Shown piece by piece: positions 25,245-36,200 of a stretch of DNA of 64,000 nt. A program made the position numbers and the translations under genes. Below the pieces are notes generated by a model. That model was given only the letters and a program-made list of their open reading frames with translations. It did not search any database and had not been told where the DNA came from. Each line of letters starts with the position of its first letter. Positions within the stretch are counted from its first letter, which is position 1. Source of the stretch: Paragordius varius (Eukaryota > Animalia > Nematomorpha); the NCBI GenBank assembly GCA_964247055.1, contig OZ176051.1, positions 9,796,001 to 9,860,000 on the forward strand. The letters are read 5' to 3'.

Positions 25245-27088
25245 TCTTTGGTATATTTTTTGTTTGAGTGAATGCGTTTTAGCAGATTGTCATCATTTTT
25301 TAAAATATTGCAGAAGTCTTCAAAAAGTTTGTCAAATTATATTTGACAGATAAAACGGCCTATAAACTTTCAACATTTGAATTTTATTTTTCCGATGTCA
25401 CCTGATTTACTGTGGAAAAAACGCGCTCAGTAGCATCGTTGGTTCTAGGTAAATATAGTGCGAATTCCACAATTTTTAAAATATTTTTGTATGTAATATA
25501 GTTGGCTTCAAAATGAAGAAATATTTCCTACCATTTTTTTTCTACTGTATATTTTTCTTTTGTCCATAATCTCAGTTTTTCATTATTAATATATCTTTTA
25601 ACTAATGATTCTTCAAAAAAAAGATCATTTTCTGAAAGATTACTTTTTGAGAATTTTTGGGTACAGATATAATCAAATGATTTTTGAACATCGCACCAAT
25701 TAAATTCTGATTTTAATGTTATCCAATGAAATGATCAATTTCATTGAATTGTGTCGTCCAGTCTTCCAAATAATCTATACAGTTTGTATAAAACATTTTT
25801 ATATTGTACAGGATATCTTGGCAATTTATTAAGCCTGGTTTTTAATTATTTATTATATTGCGGATGGTTAATGGTATAAAATTATTTTCTAACCGTTCTT
25901 GACGAATTTTAGGTTACTAACTTCATTGGCTACTTCGATTGCCGAAATTTTGTCACCTTCTATAAATTTAATAACATTTTGAAAGAGAGAAGCTTGATTA
26001 TGTAAGAATTCTAACCATATTTTTGAAGAAACACTTTCAAAAAACTTTTTTAAAGTTGTAGGACATTTGTCATGTGATAAAGAATGATTTTAAAGGATCA
26101 TACATTTTTAAAATCTTTCTATAGCTGGTATAAAAGCTAACCAACGAAAATATCCAAGCATTTTTTGATAAACTTCTGCATTTTCACAGAATTCTTTAAG
26201 CGTTTCAACACGTACCGTTTATATATAAAAATAGGATTATATTTTAACAACTACATTTTCCACATCTAGGGGTACCAAATCAGCAGCTGTTTGAATAGCG
26301 TTGTGTATTATATGCGCTGCACACCCGACGCCAATAATGTTTCGATTAAGATTATTTGCTAATTTAGGAAAAATACTTTTTGTTCCACTCCTTGCTTTTC
26401 CACCAAAGTTCGTATTGGTGTTGTCAGCGCAATATGCGATAATTTTGTCTTTTAAATTATTTTTTTCTAGAATATGCATTATTGAAGTAAATATTATTTA
26501 GGAATTTTCACCGGGTAGAGATATTAAATCCAAAATTTTAATTTTTACTCCGGTTTCTGAATCCAAATATCTTATTAAAGTGGGAAATAATTTTGTTTTA
26601 TGGTGATTTGATGCATCAGAGTATAGGGATAAAAAATTAATTTTCAGCAAATCTTTTTGTATTTCAGATAATGCATGTGGCGAAAGGACATTGCACACAA
26701 TGGCTTCAGCCTTTGTACGGGCACATGTAAATTTTTTATGGAATAACGTGCGAATAACTTGTGAGGTATAATCCATAGATCTAAAGGAATGATTGTGATA
26801 AACGGCGTGAAAAGATAAAACGCCGGCTAATGCCAAATTCTTTTCTTCCTCTCCAAAAGCGGTTTTTGATAAAAATCGCTCATTTTGTAAGATGATGCCG
26901 CCATATCCAAACATTTTTTTATGTTTCTGTGTTTCCATATGCTTTGGAATATCATGCTTGCCGCCATGATCTAGTTGAATTCCCTATCGCATAAAAAAAC
27001 ATTTAACAAATGATTCATTCTTCGTTTTGATAAAAGGAAATTCTTTCATTAATTTATCGTTGAATTTACAACCTCTTTTTGTGCTCAT
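25245..27088 (-). pseudogene. Frameshifted hAT transposase
   Basis: Fragments MSTKRGCKFNDKL, HGGKHDI.KHMETQKHKK (BED-like), LSLYSDASNH, YCADNTNTNFGG, GCAAHIIHN, RWLAFIPAIER, hATC-type TNDATERVFS. Several frameshifts and stops; the 3' end is approximate. Confidence 0.85.
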
Positions 27089-27115
27089 ATTTATAAACTA
27101 CTATTAGTTTAATAA

Positions 27116-27435
27116 ATATTATATTACCTTAATTTTCTGGAATAAACGTGTAAGGTACCGATGTGGTATCAATTTGTCATTTAAGATACCGATTTGTGGT
27201 ATTAATCAGGCTTTTTAATAATGTTGGCAAGTAATAAAACTAAAATATTAGTATATGGAATAAACGTGTAAGGTACCGATTTGTGGTAATTTGTCATTTA
27301 AGCTACCGATTTGTGGTATTAATTTGACTTTTTGATATGTTAGCAAGTAATAAAACTAAAATATTAGCATAGTAAATATTATATTACCTTAATTTTCTGA
27401 AATAAACGCGTAAACTACCGATTTGTGGTATTAAT
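27116..27435. repeat. Imperfect ~120-260-bp direct repeats upstream of the hAT transposase ATG
   Basis: AATAAACG(T/C)GTAA..TACCGA at ~27141, ~27259 and ~27401. TACCGATTTGTGGTA occurs several times, and GCAAGTAATAAAACTAAAATATTAG twice. Confidence 0.75.
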
Positions 27436-29171
27436 TTGTCTTTTAATCTAGAGATTTTTTTTGATAATGATGACAGTAGTAGTAGGAAGCAAAGTGATCA
27501 TATGATATAAATTCGAAAAAAATAAATATTTTTAATTTAAAAATATAAAATTTTAATCTAAATTAAAGATATTTAATGATAAAAAATTTATTTGCATTAA
27601 AAAATTTTTTTTAGATAATCGTGAAAAAGCGGGACATTTTAAAAAAGTAGCGGGACGCGGGACAAAGTGAGAACAAGCGGGACTGTCCCGCCAAAAGCGG
27701 GACGTCTGGTCACCTTAGATATTAGGCATAAAATGTCCAACCTATGATTTTTAGGCTCATTATACATAATTATTTTTTCAACTCCAACTTTTAATTGCAG
27801 ATATTTGCTTGTTGGATCGCCAAAAAACTAGAAAAAAAATATTTTGTTTTAAAAAATACCTTGAAATGCTTTAGATACAGCAAATTTATGGGTAATATTG
27901 ATTTAAAAGCCAACTGTTTTTTTGATTTGATTAAAATTTAATTTTTTATGGCTAATAAAGCATTTTTATGTAATTGGTATATAACATCATCAGAAACTTA
28001 ATAAATATCAAATTATAATATTTATCGAATGATTTTAAATAAAACTCGCAAAAAATTGTTAGTTTTCTTTGTGATTAGCCATCAATGATTTTGAAATAAA
28101 ACTCAAAAAATTTAAAATTTGATAAAAAAACAGTTGTTTTGTATTGATGAAGGCCAACTAGCCCGTAAATTGTATATGATTACTATTGATGAGAAATGTT
28201 CACATATCTGCGTTTTATTAAAAAAATTCTGTTTATTTTCATTTAAAAATAGTATAGTTATGAATATGATATCAACGCACAGATATTATTAATATCTCAG
28301 TCGATTGACATGTTTGAAAACTATTACTTATCTTTGTGTTATTTTTAGTATCGTATTAAATTTAACACTTCATGTGATATCCTATCAGCGAGTTCATCTG
28401 CCGCAATAATTATTATTTGTTGACGACTATTTTAATAAATTTAAAAGAAAATCAAAATTGGACAAAAAGTGATTAGGATTAAGGATAAAAAATGATGGTA
28501 AAACTTGAGATATTATAGTTTATTCTCATTTAGATATTTACAATTAATAAATAGCTTATTATATAGTTAGGGTTTTTACAACTCAGATCTAAAAATCCCG
28601 TTTCTCTTTTTACGTACTTAAAAAACAATTTTTTATAAAACTATATTAAAATATTTTTCTAATTATTTAGTAGCTAAAATCATTGAAAATCTTAACATTC
28701 ATATTTTATTCAATAAAAAAACTTAAAAATTAAAATAAAGCTAAAATATATGGTTTTTTGTTTTTAATTTTCTTATAATCTGGTTTATGAATGTAAAAAA
28801 AATTTACAGTTTTTTTTACATAAGCGGGAATTATAAAGTATATAAATTTATGCAAAATATGATTTAAAAGTAGTGGAATCAATCAACAATCCGCACAAAT
28901 CCCTATAATAGGTTTGTTTTAACACAAAAATATTTTTACTGGGATTAGTACAAATTTTCGGTTGATATTCCTCTACTTGTAAATCCTTGTTTAATATATA
29001 TAATTTTTAATTCTGCTCACTTATGATTTTAAAATAAAACAGTAAATATTTTATACACTAATAAACCAGATGACTTAAAAATGAAAAAATGAAAAAATAT
29101 TTTTTTAGTTTATACTAATATATAAATTTTTTTACTGAATAAAATATGAATGGTAAGAAGCTAGTAAATAA

Positions 29172-30290
29172 CACTAGACAACAAATTTTAACTTTTTTTA
29201 ACTGCCATTCTTGTAAATTTAAAATTTATTTCATTAAAGTAGATAATTAGTATATCTGAAAAGAAAATTGGTCTTACATGGAAGAATTTTTTTATATTAG
29301 CGTTTATCGATAACTTTTGGCCCGATTTAACATTAAACTCGAAATTTCAAAAATTTAAAGTTTTAGATATGAAGCCATGTATTTTATATCATTCGAAAGA
29401 GCGCAAAAAACTGCATCTTTTAAATGGTAGTAAGTCATTTAAATCCATCGGATGTAAAAGTTATTTGGATTTAAATAGTCAAAATTTTTAATCCTTAAAT
29501 GAGTCAAGAATTTTCACAGACAAACAAATTTGAAAATCATATAAATTATTTTAATATAATTATTAGGGTTATATTAGTATTTAATTTAAAAAAAATGTTT
29601 GGAAAAGCTTTAGTTTGCTTAATAAAAATTATTATTATCATAAATATTTTACCTAGTGGATACTAAAATGCATAGTTATAACTGTAAATTTATTACATAA
29701 TGGCTATAAAAGATCAAAAATACCTTAAACTTTGTTTTTATCTTTAAATTTTTGAAATTATCAGCCTTGTAAAGAAAATAAATTAATATTGATGAGATGG
29801 TAATTTTTAAAAAACAAAAAACTAAAAAATGGCTGTTTTGAGTGACATAAAAGCAATAAAAAATGTTTTAATCAAAAAAAAATTTCTTGAGTTATCTTTT
29901 TAGGACATTCATCTCCATCTAAAGAAAATGTGAGCCATTTTCATCCATTAGTTTTAAAAATATAATAATTAAAAAAAATGCTCTCGCTTCGCGCGTTTGT
30001 CGCTCTTTGTGTCTAATATTAACAGTCGATGTAATACATATTAAAGTACATTTTATAGAGTTTTTAATACTCTTTCGAATGATATATTACAAATGGGCAT
30101 TACTTGTATATTTTTAAAGAAAAACATTTTTTAGTAAAATTTTGATAAAGAGGGCGCATAATCAAAAAAATCAAATTATGCAAAATTCTTCCAACGAGTT
30201 ATAATTTTTATTTCAGATTTACTGTTAAAATGATATTAAATATCAAAAAATGCAAAAAACTCGAATGGCAGAAAAATTTGTTGTCTAGTG
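29172..30290. mobile_element. CACTA-ended non-autonomous TIR element, copy 1 (1119 bp)
   Basis: TIR CACTAGACAACAAA / TTTGTTGTCTAGTG with TAA on both flanks. Its whole length is the reverse-complement homologue of 31090-33215. Confidence 0.75.
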
Positions 30291-31454
30291 TAATTAATAG
30301 TAATTCTTTTAATACAGTTTCATAAAAAACATTTTGTCTTTTAGGTGTAGGAAAACGCGATTTTTTGATCTGAATTTTTGTAAAAACCCAACTATATGAT
30401 CTTAGGTTATTTATTAATTCTAAACCTAAAAGGTAAACCATAATATTTCAAGTTTTCACATTGTATTTTTGATTATATTTAATTCTCTTTAATTCACTTT
30501 TTGTCCAATTTTGATTTTTTTCTCAATATTTATGAAACTAGGTCGTCAACAAATAAAAATCACGGCAAACGCATTCTCTGGTCATAAGCCATCTCATATA
30601 GTTAAAAAAATTCTTTTTTTGCACACAGTGTACGATTATTACTTATACGTTAAAATAAAAATTTGATGATAATTATATGATTTCATAAAATGTAATACTT
30701 AATTATTGAAAATAATAGTGTGGTAATTTTTCCATATGGAATATCGCAAAAGCGCACATTATGTTAAATATATTTTTTTAATGGCAAATTGTTTTAATAT
30801 TAAATATATACTAAACTCAGCCAAATAATACTTATATTAAAATTTAAATTTTAAATATCACCGAAGTTCTCAAACCTTTCGTAGGTTATGCATAAGTATT
30901 ATCAAGTTTTTCAAATGTTTCTTATATATTTTGGTGCATTAATGTCATAAATGGCAAATTTTTGCAATGGTTTCAACATTTTTTTAGAACTATTTGATAC
31001 TAAGAAGGCTTGGGGTCCCCACACAAATCGCTTCGATAACTTAAATAAAACAATTATGGTTGAAAGTCTTTTATTTGTGTTTTTGATAACACTATACAAC
31101 AAATTTTTTTAGCCACTTTTTATAACATTTTCTGATTAACAGTATATTAGAAATAAAAAATATTATCCACCTAAAAATTTCGTTTTTGATTGCCTTCTCT
31201 GCTAAAATATGTTTTTCTTTAAAAATATACAGCAATCCCATTCGTAATATATCATCGAAAGAGTTATGAAACTTTAATGCATACTAATCTGTTTTCCATC
31301 GATAATTAAAATTAAACACAGAAAGCGACAAACGCGTGAAGCGAGAGCGTTTTTCTTAATTAAAATATATTTTAAAACTAATGCATAAAAATAGCACAAG
31401 TTTAGATGACAATGAATGTCCAAAAAAGAAAACACAACACAGTTTTTGATTTAA

Positions 31455-32015
31455 CACTTCGATTTAAATTGGGTTATTTAATTACCCCAGACTAAATCTG
31501 AGTAAGGATTTTTAAAAACTACTGAAGGAAACGGTCCCAATTTAAATTTATGCTTCTATCCTAATAAAATTATATAAATATGCCAAAATATATAAATAAA
31601 ATTTTGTTTTGAAAAAAAAGTTCCATGCTACTTCGACGCCATTTTTATTTAACAAAATTGTTGAATATGGTCTTCATTTTATTTTAAGGGTAAAACTAAA
31701 ATTTTTATTTAATTTACATCTAACATTGATAGAAATAGAAAAAGCGGTTTATTTTGTATTAGTATTCAATTTTACCAATGCACACATGTCAAGTTGACTA
31801 AATTTTTGCCTTTCGATTTTTGCTTAAAAAAATAATTATCAAGTATTTTTGAATAAAACTTTTATATATTTAGGTTTATTAATGTTATATAAGTGCAAAA
31901 TTGCCATGATTTTGATTCCTTCCATATTTTTTAAATTTAATTTTGAACAAGCCTGGGGTATTTAACTACCTTAATGTGAATTGAAGGACTAAAATGACTA
32001 TATTGCATCCAAGTG
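31455..32015. mobile_element. piggyBac-like MITE copy 2 (opposite orientation to copy 1)
   Basis: TTAA at 31451-31454 and 32016-32019, with the same termini and internal inverted repeats as 14554-15099. Confidence 0.8.
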
Positions 32016-32297
32016 TTAAACACTTATTTATTGCTTTTATGTCATTTAAAACAGCGATTTTTAACTTTTTTGTTTTTAAAAAATTTCCATATCTTCAATA
32101 TTAATTTATCTTCTTTAGGAGGCTTATAAATTCAAAATTAATAATAAAAACAAGTTTTTGATCTTTTTAAATATTTATAATATATTTATAGTTATAATTA
32201 TGCATTTTAGTATCCACAATGTAAAATAATTTTGATAAAATTTTTATTTAAAAATAAACAAAACTTTTTTAAATATTATTACTTAATTTTTTACAAA

Positions 32298-32556
32298 CGC
32301 TTCGATTCAAATTGGGGTATCTAAATACCCCAAACTAAATTTCAGTTTATGTTTTTAAAAAACTACTGAAAGAAACGGTCTTAATTCAAATTTATGATTC
32401 CATCCCAATAAAAATTATATATATAAGCCAAAATATTTTAATAAAAATTAGTTTTGAAAAAATACCTCCATATCAAACTACATCGACGCCATTTTTTTAC
32501 AACTTTAATTTTAAGGCTAAAATAATACTTATTTTTTATCTAAATCACATCTAACA

Positions 32557-32629
<73 letters not shown>

Positions 32630-32881
32630 TAAAATGGCTTATTTTGTATTATTTTTAATTTAGCTAAACACATATCATGTTGACTAAATTTTTACCTTTT
32701 TTACCTTAAAATAAGTAATATCAAGTATTTTAGAATGAAAAATTATATACTTCGGTTCCTTAATGTTATAAATGTGCAAATTTTTGCCATGGGTTCAATT
32801 CATTCCATATTATTTGAAGTATTTAATTTTTAACAGGCCTGGGGTCTCAAAGGACTGAAATGAATGTGTTGTATCCTAGTG
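32298..32881. mobile_element. piggyBac-like MITE copy 3 with internal (TA)n
   Basis: Starts CGCTTCGATTCAAATTGGGGTA and ends TGAATGTGTTGTATCCTAGTG. The flanking TTAA is not preserved. Confidence 0.7.
32561..32626. repeat. (TA)33 microsatellite, the longest of many (TA)n tracts in the window
   Basis: Read directly from the sequence. Confidence 0.95.
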
Positions 32882-33267
32882 ATGTAACCCTAATATTATA
32901 TATTAAAATAATTCATATGATTTTTAAATTCGTTTTGAAAATTTTTGACTAACTTAAGTTAAAATTTTGACCATATAACCAAACTTTACATCAAATTGAT
33001 TAATCAACGACAGTTGGCGCTTTGAATCATAAACACATAACTTTATATCTAAAACTTATAATTTTGAATATTTCGAGTTTAACGTTAAATCGGGGTAAAT
33101 AAAAAAAAATCTTAAGTGTTAGACCAATTTTTTAGAAAAATTATTGATGTAATTCAATCAAATAAATTTTAAATTAACAAGAATGGCAATTTAAATCAAA
33201 ATTTGTTGTCTAGCATAAAATATCATATTACTAACTGAATGTAATACATCTAAGATTTAAATTTGAA

Positions 33268-36200
33268 ATGAACGAAAACATGTTGTTTGATTTTCCTATG
33301 ATCATCAAAAGAGACTCTATGGCTTTTAAGTATCTAAAAGAATTAGATATTCAAGTTTCCATAAATAACATAGTAGAAATTGGATCTAGACAATATTCAT
33401 TCAGATCGGAATAACTTTTTAAAAACCTTAAATGCCACAAGTGCTGAATGCAACGTTTATGAGATTAAACTTTTAAAACGGCTAAAACGAAAAACATTGG
33501 ATGGAAAATGGGAATATAAATATGAAACTTCTGTTGGATCGCATTTTAATCGAATGATTGAATTTAAAGGTAATTCTAAAAATATATTGTCAAAAGTTTT
33601 TTAAAACAATATAATTTTATTGGTTTTATTGAAATTATTTTAGTATTTTTATTAATTTAGGTCTTTGTGATTTTCAATTTCTACCTGTTATGCGTCAAAA
33701 CTCACAAAATCGAAACTCACACGTTAATAATCATATTACTGACCTTAAATCTGAAACATTGAAGGCAATATTTAATCCAGTAGGTTTCTTAAACAATTCC
33801 ACTGGTATACCAATTCCTAGCTTTTTTGATTTACTCAACAGCATGTGGGATGAAGATCCCATAAACAATATGTTTTCTCCCATAACTGGTAATTTGAAAA
33901 TGTTTTAAAATTATTTTTTTTAATAACACTAGTCGACAAATTTGGACATTTTTAAGCACCACCACCAAACTTTTTAAATTATGACTAATTTCAGTGTTTT
34001 AATACCGAATTTGAAAAAAATTTTGATCCCGCCAATCAGAATTTTGAAATTTTATAGGTTTTTCAATTTTTCAAAAACAAGAGAAAATCGGGAGAAAATT
34101 AAATATAACTTTATAATAAAATTATTATATTAGAAACTTAATATTATTTAATAAAGCGTTTTAAACTCTATCTTTTGAATATAAATATGACATTTAAATA
34201 TCAGAGAGAAAAAAATAGTACGGACTTAAACGTCAAATTTTAGTCTTTTTTTTCAAGTGAATTTTTAACACATATAAAATTTTTTAAAAAAATACAAACA
34301 AAAGCATTCTATGGTTTAAACCTTCGGCTTTCAGATAGGCTATATTTTTTTGTTAGATTTCGTTCTTTCGAGTACTTATTAGACTTTTTCTCTTGAGTTG
34401 GTTCTTATAAAAAATCCTTTATTTATACCTAGTGGATATACCTTATTTTTTTAAAATTATTGGTTGTTTTGTATTTTAAATTTCAGATGGATGTTGTGTA
34501 ACCACTTTTAATAGAATTTACTGTTATGGGGTTATTTGTATTTACCTAATTTTATTTAATTTAATTGTAGAATTTAGCTAAATTTATTCTGTAAATTGGT
34601 TAATTTGACATGTCAATTTGCATGGATTTTGCTTGAAAGTCTCTCTTATCGGGCTCTACGATTACTTATTGTTATCTTTGCCATATCTGGCATAATTATA
34701 GGATCGCTTGGGGGATTTGCAGAGCTTGTGCAGCCGCCCGGATCTATCACACTATACTAAGCCCTTTTAGATTTTTAATACTTTGGCTCTTAGCTTGTTT
34801 AGTATTCTATTTAATGCCTAGAATTTGTTATCCATGCATGGAATATTACTTGTATCGACTTGCTTGTTTGAATATTTAAACATATGTTCACGAGAAATGA
34901 TTGTTATTTTTGAATTAAATACAAATTTAAAAATTAAATTTTGGAAAAATCCTATTGGTGGCCTCAATTTTCTTTTTTGTTTTGGCCTTTCCATGCCATT
35001 AGGTATCAGAAAATGCAAAAATAATGAGGTGGTGCAAAACCTTGTTGAGCAGTGTAATTGTTTTTTAGCTTGGCTTGAATGTTAAAAAGATATAGTAACA
35101 TTTCTTAAGTTTTTAGTTTTTATATTATTACTAATTTTACAGCTTAATAAATAATAAAAATTAAATTTACATGTCATTAAAATACGCGGCAAAATTTTAT
35201 GCATCCTTATTGGCTCCAGAATATAAAAAATGCGTCTATATTAGCCATTTAAATATTATATCTATGCATCTTTATTGGCTCCAGAATATGAAAAATGCGT
35301 CTATATTAGCTAAATCAATATTTAAATATTATACATAATTTAAAGTTATATATATGAATATAAATATATGATTTCCCCCAAAATATATATATTTGGCGGC
35401 AAAAAGTTTATTTAATTTATTTATATTTTCATTAACTATTCTATACAGGCTTGTAATATTTCATATTTATATTGAAACACACTGGCAGTTTATAATTGCT
35501 TTTACAACATTTGAAAATACATTTGAAATGATTAAAATATTCTTTTACTACCATATTACATAAATTAATTCTATATTATATTAAAAAAATTGGGTTATAA
35601 CCATCTAAACATCAAATAGCATTTATGCATATAAATAAGAAGTTATACATATATATATATATATATCATTTATACTTCAAATTTACCCTAAAAATAAATT
35701 ATGTGTTTTCGGGCTAATATAACTCATCATTAATAAGAAATATATTCTTATGACATAGTTAATTATTTTTTCAGTATTATATTAAATTTAAACATAATTT
35801 TATTTTTAGAATTATAAAAAATTATAATAATTTCTTTTAGGGTGAATTTGAATTGTTTAACGGTGAATTTGAACGTAAATGGTATATATAAAGGTATTCC
35901 TATGCAATATGATTTCATATTAGGCAATTTCTATTTTTATTGAATTTTATTCCATAATACATGTGCCACTACCCCTTTTAGATTCAGCTATAAAAAATTA
36001 CATTTAAAAATTTCCCCATTTATTTAGATGATTCGGTTCCCTATTACAAAAATTTTTAGAGTTATTGATTGATTTAACTTTGATAAGTTTTAATATGTAG
36101 TTTGAAACGAAACACATATTTTGAAATATGGCAAAAAACATTAATTTTTTGGTTTAAAATTATTTTTTATCATTTTATAAATTCGTTTGATTTAAAAGAG

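Larger units (their letters stand above)
24226..27717 (-). mobile_element. hAT DNA transposon (Tip100/Zaphod-like ends), 3492 bp
   Basis: TIR TAAGGTGACCAGA / TCTGGTCACCTTA, perfect 8-bp TSD GATATTAG (24218-24225, 27718-27725), and subterminal GCGGGAC repeats. Confidence 0.93.
31090..33215. mobile_element. CACTA-ended element, copy 2 (inverted), interrupted by two piggyBac-like MITEs
   Basis: TAA|CACTATACAACAAA ... TTTGTTGTCTAGCA|TAA. It is colinear with copy 1 once 31455-32015 and 32298-32881 are removed. Confidence 0.72.

Noticed and set aside
34487-34522. Possible extra symmetric GTF3C5 exon (DGCCVTTFNRIY)
   Set aside because: It is in frame but has no recognisable homology and a weak donor, so it is left optional rather than called.
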